A program made the position numbers and the translations under genes. From contig OZ242315.1 in assembly GCA_965207975.1 (NCBI GenBank), forward strand, positions 4,106,449 through 4,170,448: DNA of 64,000 bases, in the 5' to 3' direction. The number at the start of each line of letters is the position of its first letter. The stretch's first letter is position 1. Below are positions 9,378 to 17,401 of this stretch, one piece after another. Source of the DNA: Candidatus Poribacteria bacterium (lineage in GTDB: Bacteria > Poribacteria > WGA-4E > PCPOR2b). The notes beneath the pieces are model-generated. The model saw only the letters and a list, made by a program, of their open reading frames with translations, searched no databases and was not told the DNA's origin.

Positions 9378-9429
9378 GATTAAGAAAAAGAATCCTATCA
9401 AAAATAACATCAAAGGAAGTCAAACAATA

Positions 9430-10236
9430 ATGGAAAACAGCGGAACACGGTTAGCAGGCAAAGTTGCCATTGTCACCGGAGCGGGAAGTCGCACCCCGGT
9501 AGATGGTGTCGGACGAGCAACATCGATTCTCTTTACTCGGCAGGGTGCCAAGGTTTTGTTGGTAGACCGAAATCTCGAAAATGCGGAGAAAACCCTTGCT
9601 GTTATTGAGGAAGAAGGTGGGGAGGCGTCAATTTTCGTCGGCGATGTTTCCCAAAACGATGACTGTCAGGCAATGGCTGAAGCAGCCGTTGAGCGATACG
9701 GTGAGCTGCATATCCTATTTAATAGTGCCGCCATCGGTGGTGCAGGGACGGTCGTTGATGTAGATCCAGATGTCTGGGATGACGTGATGGCGGTGAATCT
9801 CAAAGGTATGATGTTGGCATCTAAGCACGCCATTCCCAAGATGATTGAAGCAGGGAGCGGCTCGATCATCAATATCGCTTCAATTGATGGGCTGCGGGCA
9901 AATATCTGGCGCAACCTCCCCTATGCTGTATCGAAAGGCGGGGCGGTCTCCTTGACGCGCAATATGGCGGTACATCATGGGCGGGATAACATTCGGGTCA
10001 ACTGCATCGCACCGGGTCACATTTACGCCCCAATGACAACCACTATTTCCGATGAATTGCGCGATCTCCGCCGTCGGTCAGGTCCGTTGGGAACGGAAGG
10101 CACCGCTTGGGACATCGCATGGGCAGGGCTATTCCTCGCTAGCGATGAGTCCCGCTGGATTTCCGGGGTGCTACTTCCCATCGATGCGGGTCTGCTTGCA
10201 ACAACGCCGCTAGCGATGTTATCCCATTTGCAGTGA
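9430..10236 (+). CDS. SDR family short-chain dehydrogenase/reductase
   Basis: Glycine-rich motif TGAGSRTPVDGVGRA, NSAA motif, and catalytic YAVSK (YxxxK). Confidence 0.8.
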   Translation: MENSGTRLAGKVAIVTGAGSRTPVDGVGRATSILFTRQGAKVLLVDRNLENAEKTLAVIEEEGGEASIFVGDVSQNDDCQAMAEAAVERYGELHILFNSAAIGGAGTVVDVDPDVWDDVMAVNLKGMMLASKHAIPKMIEAGSGSIINIASIDGLRANIWRNLPYAVSKGGAVSLTRNMAVHHGRDNIRVNCIAPGHIYAPMTTTISDELRDLRRRSGPLGTEGTAWDIAWAGLFLASDESRWISGVLLPIDAGLLATTPLAMLSHLQ

Positions 10237-10270
10237 TAATCGCCTCCTACGAGCGAAAGATTTTAGCAAT

Positions 10271-11071
10271 ATGCAAGGAACCGATCAGCTTTTTGATCAT
10301 CCCAAACCGATCGTCGGCGTGGTTCATCTTCCGCCACTGATCGGCAGCCCCCAATCCAGACAGCCTTTCCGTGAAATTCGTACCCGTGCGCTTTCAGACG
10401 CAGGGAGGCTGATTGATAACGGAATTGACGGGATTATCATCGAAAATTATGGCGATGCCCCTTTCTGTCCGGATAGCGTAGAACCCCATACCACTGCGGC
10501 ACTAACACTCGTTGTAGGCGCAATCCGGGAACGCCATCCCCAGACACCAATCGGACTCAACGTCCTGCGCAACGACGCAAAATCGGCGATAGCAATCGCG
10601 ACGGTCACGGACGCAAACTTTATCCGTGTAAACGTGCACACCGGCGCAATGCTCACCGACCAAGGTATTATTCAAGGAAAGGCGCACGAGACCTTGCGCT
10701 ATCGATCGCTCCTCAAAAGCGAAGTTAAAATTTTTGCCGACATTGCCGTGAAGCATGCCGTGCCACTTGCGCCAATCGATATCGTCACGAGCGCGGAGGA
10801 TACCTATCATCGCGGACTTGTGGACGCGCTTATCGTTACAGGTACAGCAACGGGCGAAAGTACCGATCTCGATCAGTTAAAAACCGTGAAAGCATCCATT
10901 CCTCAAGCGAGTATCTTCGCTGGCAGCGGTGTGACAATCGATAACCTCGCCGAAGTTTTGCAGTATGCGGATGGCGTTATTGTCGGCACCTCAATCAAGC
11001 GCGACGGTGTAACAACAAACGCCGTTGACGGAGATCGTGTGTGCACACTGATCAAGGCACGTAAAGGATAG
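10271..11071 (+). CDS. BtpA/SgcQ family TIM-barrel protein
   Basis: The N-terminal VGVVHLPPLIGSP and the GIDGIIIENYGDAPF motifs are characteristic of the BtpA family. It is probably co-transcribed with the upstream SDR gene. Confidence 0.65.
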   Translation: MQGTDQLFDHPKPIVGVVHLPPLIGSPQSRQPFREIRTRALSDAGRLIDNGIDGIIIENYGDAPFCPDSVEPHTTAALTLVVGAIRERHPQTPIGLNVLRNDAKSAIAIATVTDANFIRVNVHTGAMLTDQGIIQGKAHETLRYRSLLKSEVKIFADIAVKHAVPLAPIDIVTSAEDTYHRGLVDALIVTGTATGESTDLDQLKTVKASIPQASIFAGSGVTIDNLAEVLQYADGVIVGTSIKRDGVTTNAVDGDRVCTLIKARKG

Positions 11072-11122
11072 ATGCTTCTAGAAATCTAAAATCTGCATCG
11101 TAGTTAGATGCAAACTGTTCAA

Positions 11123-12025
11123 TCACGCTGCGGATGCCTTCATGAGATCCGCGTGAGCAAGATGCCAATCCTCTATATGGTTGAGGAGCACCGCAGAGTT
11201 GAGTGTGCCGTCATCTTCGCGTCCAACGGTTGCGTGAATCTCTATCCGTTTCTCATCCCTATGGATACGGTTGCGGATAAAGGTATTCCATTCATCGGCT
11301 TTTTCCCTGTCAATTTCACCGCCATTCTGTTCTAACACCCACGCCTCAAACTGAGTGTAACTAGGCAGGTTTTCACGAATGTAGGCGACGGCATCGGCGG
11401 GTTCGATTCCTAGCACACGTAAGACTCGCGGGTCCAATCCGTTTTCGGTCATGTCCGGATAGTCCGGGTGGAGTTTGCCTTTTGCTTTCAGTAGGATTTT
11501 AATCCAAGTTCGAGGCAACTGGCAGACCTCCAAAGCACCGTAATCGATGTTCGCGATCAGTGGCACAACCCGTCCAGTGAGTGCTGCGAAATCGTTATCC
11601 AAGTCGCGCTCATAGAAAAGCTGCCAATCCTGTAAATTGTTCAGAACCACAGCGGACGTGATGCCGGCATCATCAGGAAGCCCGATGTCATGATACGTCT
11701 CTTCGATTTTCGCTGGACGGTGATCACGAGATCGGAGTTGTGCGTTCCAATCTGCCACCGCTTGTTGGTCAATCTTTCCACCCTTTTGCTGGAGAATCCA
11801 TGCCTCAAATTCGAGATAGTTCGGCATATGATCTCGCAGGTAGGCGAGCGTTGTCTCTTTGTCTAAATCTAAGACTTCGAGGACCGATGAATCAAGCCCT
11901 CCGCTACAATCGGGGTATTCTGCATCAAGCAACCCCGCTCTTCTAAGGGTGACTTTCCACCAGAAGCGTGGAAGTTGACAGGCACCTAAGAGACCATAAC
12001 CGATGTTGCTAATCAGGGGAACCAT
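11123..12025 (-). CDS. Hypothetical protein made of two tandem ~145-aa homologous domains
   Basis: Residues 1-145 and 146-300 align along their length: PLISNIGYG..CQLPRFWWK..DAEYPDC..LD..VLEVL versus PLIANIDYG..CQLPRTWIK..HPDYPDM..LDPRVLRVL, and on through ..FEAW.L.Q.GG.ID... No family was recognised. Confidence 0.5.
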   Translation of the reverse strand: MVPLISNIGYGLLGACQLPRFWWKVTLRRAGLLDAEYPDCSGGLDSSVLEVLDLDKETTLAYLRDHMPNYLEFEAWILQQKGGKIDQQAVADWNAQLRSRDHRPAKIEETYHDIGLPDDAGITSAVVLNNLQDWQLFYERDLDNDFAALTGRVVPLIANIDYGALEVCQLPRTWIKILLKAKGKLHPDYPDMTENGLDPRVLRVLGIEPADAVAYIRENLPSYTQFEAWVLEQNGGEIDREKADEWNTFIRNRIHRDEKRIEIHATVGREDDGTLNSAVLLNHIEDWHLAHADLMKASAA

Positions 12026-12146
12026 ATTATGCTCCTTAGTCTTAATTTGATGTTGGTAAATTTGTTCTCAACTCTTTTCGACTTCACAAGTTGTTTTGCT
12101 CATTATATCATGATCGTCCTGACTGCATCAACCCCAGATTGAGTTT

Positions 12147-13485
12147 TTCACTTGCCCCCAGTTTTTTTTGAGGGGTTATTGTCATTGGTTTTGCGAGCGA
12201 TAGGAGTGAGAAAGTCAGGTCAGATATGATAAAATACCTCCCTACCGAAAACACTCACTGTTTAGGGCAAGGAGGTATTATGAAAGGAAAACACTCTCAA
12301 AAACGGGTGAATCCCACCCCCATGATAACCACTATCACTGAGATTTTCAAGCCTGTTTTGAAAAAACCGGCGTTAAAAAACCTGATGCTCACCATCATAG
12401 CTATAGCCTTGGCGCAGTCCTTTGGCATCAACGAAATCGCTTCACGGTTGCCGGTGTCAGTCAAGCATCAAAAGACGAAACAGAAACGACTGCTTCGATT
12501 CTTGGCACGTACATTTCCCATAGGTGCGGTGATGCGGTGTTGGTTAGTCTTCGTGGTGAGGCGTGTCTGTCACCCCGGCACTGTGCGTCCGTTAATTTTA
12601 ATTGATGAAACCCAGGTGCTTGGTACTTTCAAAGCGATTGTCGCTGCGGTGCCGTTTCGACAGCGTGCGATACCTATCTATTGGCACATCTATACCGATG
12701 CTGAGATTCAGGATATGAAATATAAAAGCCATAATGAGATTATCCAACGATTTTGCCGCACGGTCTATCGTCAGGCACGAAAAGCACTGCCCCCAGCGTG
12801 CGAACCGGTGTTGATATTCGACCGGGGGTTCGCCCGTGCGAGATATGTGATAAAATTTCTCAAAGCAAAAGGCATACCGTTTGTGATGCGCGTCTGTCGC
12901 AACGTTCGCATTACCGTTTGGGGTCAGGTCAAAACGATGGAACAGATGCAGAAAACTGGGTTCTATCCACAGATTCTCTATTACCCAACCGAGCCAATTC
13001 GACTGAACCTATATGTGGTCAGAGATGCACGGTTTGCTGAACCGATGTATCTGATTTCAAGCCATCTGACGGGCAGTCAAATCCACCGGTGTTATAAACG
13101 AAGAATGCAGATTGAACACGGTTTTAGAGACATCAAGACCGGCTTTGGATTTGGCAAGCTGATTCTCAAAAAACCGACAAAAGCACGAATCAATCTGTTA
13201 TGGCTGTTGGCTTGTCTGAGTTATGGACTGCTGTTTATCATCTACCAAAAATCCGGTGACCGATGGACCAAAGCATTCAACACAAACAAAAAAATCTATT
13301 CGTTGATTAACGTGATTAAGCGCGTGATTGCTCAAGCTTGGCTGGGGTGGACTCTCAATCCCTTTTTCACACTGCCACTTTGTCAGACAGATGCCTTGCA
13401 AGGCGCATAATCACAAACATTCTCACAAACATTACCTCTCAAACACACTCAACTCTTAAATCAGAAAAAACTGGGGGTAAATGAA
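12147..13485 (+). mobile_element. IS4-family insertion sequence (1339 bp) with imperfect ~23-bp IRs and a 12-bp target-site duplication
   Basis: IR-L ttcacttgcccccagtttttttt (12147-12169) versus the reverse complement of IR-R 13463-13485 (ttcatttacccccagttttttct), 20/23 matched. The direct repeat CAGATTGAGTTT is present immediately outside both ends (12135-12146 and 13486-13497). Confidence 0.7.
12280..13410 (+). CDS. IS4-family DDE transposase
   Basis: YKRRMQIEHGFRDIKT carries the IS4-family Y-(2)-R-(3)-E-(6)-K signature, alongside DDE-type motifs (LILIDET, IFDRGF). A strong SD (aaggagg) precedes the ATG at 12280. The long ORF could alternatively begin at 12226. Confidence 0.7.
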   Translation: MKGKHSQKRVNPTPMITTITEIFKPVLKKPALKNLMLTIIAIALAQSFGINEIASRLPVSVKHQKTKQKRLLRFLARTFPIGAVMRCWLVFVVRRVCHPGTVRPLILIDETQVLGTFKAIVAAVPFRQRAIPIYWHIYTDAEIQDMKYKSHNEIIQRFCRTVYRQARKALPPACEPVLIFDRGFARARYVIKFLKAKGIPFVMRVCRNVRITVWGQVKTMEQMQKTGFYPQILYYPTEPIRLNLYVVRDARFAEPMYLISSHLTGSQIHRCYKRRMQIEHGFRDIKTGFGFGKLILKKPTKARINLLWLLACLSYGLLFIIYQKSGDRWTKAFNTNKKIYSLINVIKRVIAQAWLGWTLNPFFTLPLCQTDALQGA

Positions 13486-13592
13486 CAGATTGAGTTTCCA
13501 TTTAACCTTGACAATATGGGGCGTTTGGCATATTCTATATCCATAGGATTTTTGAATAAATTTCATAGTATCCAATTCTGAGGAGAACAGAG

Positions 13593-14117
13593 ATGGCAGA
13601 AAAAACTTCAGCGAGTACCGAGCAGCATCGGGAGATGGCTGCGGAACACGGTCCCGTGCGCGTAGCGATTGTCACCGTCAGCGATACACGCACACCGGAA
13701 ACAGACAAGAACGCAGCGTACCTCCGCGAACAACTAGCGACTGGTGGCAATGAGGTCGTGGGATATCGCATCATCAAGGATGAACCGGATCAGGTCAAGG
13801 CAGTCCTGGACGAATTTGCAGCAGGCGATGCGCGGATGATCCTTTTCAACGGCGGCACCGGCATTGCCCCACGCGATACAACCTTTGACGTGCTGAATCA
13901 AGCCCTAGAGAAAACCTTACCCGGCTTTGGTGAACTTTTTCGGATGTTTAGCTACGACCAAGTCGGCGCAGCAGCGATGCTATCGCGTGCCACCGCTGGC
14001 GTGTACCGGGGAAAAGTGGTTGTTTCGACACCCGGCTCGACGGCTGCGGTACAGTTAGCGTGGGAAAAACTGATTGGACCGGAGTTGCAGCATCTGGCGT
14101 GGGAAGTCGGACGATAG
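13593..14117 (+). CDS. MoaB/MogA-family molybdenum cofactor biosynthesis protein
   Basis: [11 protein letters not shown]...GGTGIAPRD are the characteristic motifs of the MogA/MoaB fold. 174 aa. Confidence 0.7.
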   Translation: MAEKTSASTEQHREMAAEHGPVRVAIVTVSDTRTPETDKNAAYLREQLATGGNEVVGYRIIKDEPDQVKAVLDEFAAGDARMILFNGGTGIAPRDTTFDVLNQALEKTLPGFGELFRMFSYDQVGAAAMLSRATAGVYRGKVVVSTPGSTAAVQLAWEKLIGPELQHLAWEVGR

Positions 14118-14135
14118 GAAAACAGAGCCATTTGG

Positions 14136-14399
14136 TTAATTAGGCTTCTTTTCCTTTGCCAACTGATGACATATATGACAGCTGCCGACATTCAGATGCG
14201 GCATAGTTGGTGATTGCTCGGTCCCACGAAGATGACACTTCAGACAAGCGGCTGGATCTGTGTAAGTTTGGTGATCTGGAATGTCGGAGCGGGCAGGAGC
14301 CGCGTTAAAAAAAAGGATAATCATTACAACTGTAAAAATAGCTCCGATGACGCTGACAATAATCAACAGCGTTCGGGCACTGGCTTCTTCCGTTGGCAC
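14136..14399 (-). CDS. Small membrane-anchored dihaem c-type cytochrome (87 aa)
   Basis: One N-terminal TM helix, then two CxxCH haem-binding motifs (CLKCH, CHICH). Confidence 0.5.
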   Translation of the reverse strand: MPTEEASARTLLIIVSVIGAIFTVVMIILFFNAAPARSDIPDHQTYTDPAACLKCHLRGTEQSPTMPHLNVGSCHICHQLAKEKKPN

Positions 14400-14545
14400 G
14401 TTTTAGTCCTTTTATAGTAGATCTCAGAATTAATGAGACACGCCAAATCGGTGCGGTTGAAAACCGCACCTACCGGAGGCGAAAGTGTCTATTTATTTTT
14501 TAAATTCACTATAGTTTGCTAAAATCAAGATAGGAAAATCGAAAA

Positions 14546-15022
14546 TTGAAATGGAAAATTGAAGTTAGTTACAAACCCGCAACACCGGACGCTATCGCAC
14601 AAGGTATCCTTCAGGATATCGCAGATCTTGGACTTACTGGTGTAGAATCGGTGCACACCGTCCAAATCTACTGGATCGAAGGAGACATTAATTCTCATGC
14701 AATCGAACGCATCGGCGCGGAACTGCTTGCTGATCCGGTGACGCAGAATTATGTCTATAGCCGTTCCGACAATCATACCCCAAGACAAAGTGATGGCTCC
14801 GTATGGACCATCGAGGTAAGGTTGAAACCGGGGGTAACGGATGCTGTGGGTGATAGTGTCCTCAAGGGGCTACGCGATATGGGAGTTACAGATGTCCAAA
14901 CCGCACAGACAGGACAGAAATACCGGATACACGGAGACTTAGATCAATCGAAGCTTGAAATGATTGCACAGCAGCTGCTTGCGAACGACGTTATACAAAT
15001 ATTTAAGATCTGGCAAGGTTAA
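14546..15022 (+). CDS. purS: Tandem PurS-PurS fusion protein (two PurS-like domains, 158 aa)
   Basis: Both halves resemble PurS (~80 aa each): the first is KIEVSYKPATPDAIAQG...NYVY and the second is IEVRLKPGVTDAVGDSV..LANDVIQIFKI. Apparent TTG start. No purQ/purL is nearby. Confidence 0.55.
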   Translation: MKWKIEVSYKPATPDAIAQGILQDIADLGLTGVESVHTVQIYWIEGDINSHAIERIGAELLADPVTQNYVYSRSDNHTPRQSDGSVWTIEVRLKPGVTDAVGDSVLKGLRDMGVTDVQTAQTGQKYRIHGDLDQSKLEMIAQQLLANDVIQIFKIWQG

Positions 15023-15081
15023 TGAGTTCCGTTTGATCATGTCCATTGAAGCGCGTAAACTAGCTAGCGATAATCGTGACA

Positions 15082-16440
15082 TCATTTCTTGCTTATCAGT
15101 TTTTTCGTCTTCCATGTTCCTCGTCTGAACCACAGCCACATCAACACACCTTGAACCACGTTTGATAGGGCGATGCCGATCCAGACTCCCTTAAGTCCCA
15201 CGAAATAGGAAAGCAATATCACCAACATCAGTCCAATACCAACTTGACAGATGAATGTCATTACCATCGGAGAAACAGTATCTCCGGCGCCGTTGAGAGC
15301 ACGACCAAATACGATAGAAATTGCGATAAATGCAAAAGTGGCTGATAGGTAACGGATGTAAACACTTCCGATACTGATAACTTCCGCTTGTCCGGTAAAT
15401 ATTCTGATACTCAAATGCGGAAAAATAAATAGTAGGCTTCCAAGCGCAGCCATAAGTATCGTTGCTAATCCACCGGCAAGATTGGCAGATTTTTCTGCTC
15501 TGTCAATCTGACCTGCTCCGATATTCTGTCCCACCATCGGCGCGACTGCATTTGCGAATCCGAAACCTAGGTGCATCACGAGGATACGGAGGCGCATACA
15601 AATGGCATAGGCAGCTACGGCCTTCGTTCCATGAATCGCCACGACTCGGATAAACCCCAACCGGGAGGCGTGTCTCAGAAACCCTTGCATTGAACTGAAA
15701 ATACCGAGGCGCAGGATTTGGCCCATTACTGATAGATCGACGCGGCGCTTAACGTGCTTCAGCGAGATGACGCTGCGTCCGATGAAACAGAGGTAAAGGA
15801 AAATCACAACCCCAGCACTTCTGCCAATCACGCTTGCATAAGCGGATCCTGCGACTTCCAAACGCGGGAACTTCCAAATGCCAAATATCAACAAGGGATC
15901 TAGGACGATGTTTAAGACCGTTGAAACAATCATAACCACCATCGGTGTCAGTGAATCTCCACCCGCTCTGAAAATAGAACCTAACGTCATTGATACGAAC
16001 ATCATGATACCACCGAGCAGTGTGATACGCAAGTAAGGTACGCCTAGCCGTACCACCTCTTCCTCTGCTCCGAGTAGTCTCAATCCAACTTCAGCGAGTG
16101 GAAAGCCTATACACGCAATTCCAAGAGGACATACAATGCTTAAGATGAGTGCCTGCATCGCGATGTTTTCCCCTTGCTCTCTCTGCTGTGCACCGATTGA
16201 TTGAGAAACCAAAACGACCGTTCCCATGGAGATGCCAAGTGAAAGCACGCTAATCAGCCGCTGAAGATTCGAGCTCATATCAACGGCGGAAATCGCTTCG
16301 GCTCCCAGTTTTCCGACGAAGATCATATCGACTACACTGAAAGAGTCCTGCAAAATATTGCTGAGAGCAATGGGCCAAGCGAGATGTATAAGGTTTTTGA
16401 AAATACTCCCTTGGGTCAGATCATGCCTCGATTTCTTCAT
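15082..16440 (-). CDS. MATE family efflux transporter
   Basis: 452 aa with about 12 predicted TM helices, and an N-terminal region typical of the MATE/NorM family. Confidence 0.75.
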   Translation of the reverse strand: MKKSRHDLTQGSIFKNLIHLAWPIALSNILQDSFSVVDMIFVGKLGAEAISAVDMSSNLQRLISVLSLGISMGTVVLVSQSIGAQQREQGENIAMQALILSIVCPLGIACIGFPLAEVGLRLLGAEEEVVRLGVPYLRITLLGGIMMFVSMTLGSIFRAGGDSLTPMVVMIVSTVLNIVLDPLLIFGIWKFPRLEVAGSAYASVIGRSAGVVIFLYLCFIGRSVISLKHVKRRVDLSVMGQILRLGIFSSMQGFLRHASRLGFIRVVAIHGTKAVAAYAICMRLRILVMHLGFGFANAVAPMVGQNIGAGQIDRAEKSANLAGGLATILMAALGSLLFIFPHLSIRIFTGQAEVISIGSVYIRYLSATFAFIAISIVFGRALNGAGDTVSPMVMTFICQVGIGLMLVILLSYFVGLKGVWIGIALSNVVQGVLMWLWFRRGTWKTKKLISKK

Positions 16441-16730
16441 AAGATAGCTTTCTCTCCAGTGTGTTGATGCACTTTCGACGATTCAAATCGCCCTTTGTTT
16501 AGCGATTTGAGTCGAATACACGAAGATCTCCTTCTTGCATTTTCTTTGGATCGCTCCCGCATAACTTAGATTGGCACTTGCAACCCAAAACCGATAGGTC
16601 CGCCAATTCGTCGGAAATTTTATCAGTTATTTTATTGTGTCACATCTTCACAAATTTCGGCAAGAATTATCTGGCTGGATTTTGGTTGTTAATTTTTAGA
16701 AAAAACTATCGAAATTCTGTTAAAAAACTA

Positions 16731-16759
16731 TTGACAGATCATTAATAATCGTTTATCAT
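16731..16759 (+). promoter_or_regulatory. Sigma70-type promoter for the nrdR operon: -35 TTGACA, 17-bp spacer, -10 TATCAT
   Basis: Read directly: ttgaca (16731-16736), spacer gatcattaataatcgtt, tatcat (16754-16759). A-rich tracts lie upstream (aaaaaactat x2). Confidence 0.55.
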
Positions 16760-16772
16760 ATTAGCCCCAATC

Positions 16773-16817
16773 GCACATATTGTATGGTAAAAGAAATTAT
16801 ACACAATATATTGGTGT
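16773..16817 (+). promoter_or_regulatory. Two putative NrdR boxes just downstream of the nrdR promoter
   Basis: gcacatattgtatggt (16773-16788) and acacaatatattggtgt (16801-16817) resemble the 16-bp NrdR palindrome acaCwAtATaTwGtgt. The two boxes are about 29 bp apart centre to centre. Confidence 0.5.
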
Positions 16818-16820
16818 TCT

Positions 16821-17276
16821 ATGAAATGCCCATACTGCAATGGTTCCAGCATAAGAGTCATCGACAAACGGGATACTGACGGCGGGACTGCCATCCGTAG
16901 ACGCCGAGCGTGTCTCCATTGCTCAAAACGGTTTACAACGTATGAGCGGGCTGAAGTGTTAGATCTTTTCATTATTAAGAAGGACCAGCGCCGCGAAGCC
17001 TTTGACCGGCAAAAGTTAAAGCGCAATATCATGAAGGCGTGTGAAAAACGCTCGATTAGTCAAGAAACCATTGATCGCCTGATTGGGGATGTCGAACAAC
17101 AAATTATCGGTATGCACAAATCCGAAATTGAAAGCCATATTATCGGTGAAATTGTTATGGATGCTCTCAAGAACTTGGATAGTGTTGCATATATTCGGTT
17201 TGCTTCTGTTTACCGTGATTTCAAGGATGCAGCAGATTTTGAAAATGAGCTCCGTCAATTGACACCTGATGATTAG
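16821..17276 (+). CDS. nrdR: Transcriptional repressor NrdR
   Basis: An N-terminal zinc ribbon (CPYCNGSSIRVIDKRDTDGG...CLHCSKRFTTYE) followed by an ATP-cone. 151 aa. Confidence 0.9.
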   Translation: MKCPYCNGSSIRVIDKRDTDGGTAIRRRRACLHCSKRFTTYERAEVLDLFIIKKDQRREAFDRQKLKRNIMKACEKRSISQETIDRLIGDVEQQIIGMHKSEIESHIIGEIVMDALKNLDSVAYIRFASVYRDFKDAADFENELRQLTPDD

Positions 17277-17401
17277 ATTAATGAAACCGGTAGTTTAGAG
17301 AGAGCGTTGTACTAGAAGGAATTAGTGACGAAATTAATTATAGGTAGGCGAATTACTGAACCTGCCAATCTTTTTCTGGCAATCATATGAAAGGAATCAA
17401 A

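Noticed and set aside
14437-14493. ZTP or purine riboswitch upstream of purS-purS
   Set aside because: The sequence does not match the conserved ZTP (UGGCG..ACCGGG..CGACCGCC) or purine (xpt) riboswitch cores. It is kept only as a generic hairpin finding.
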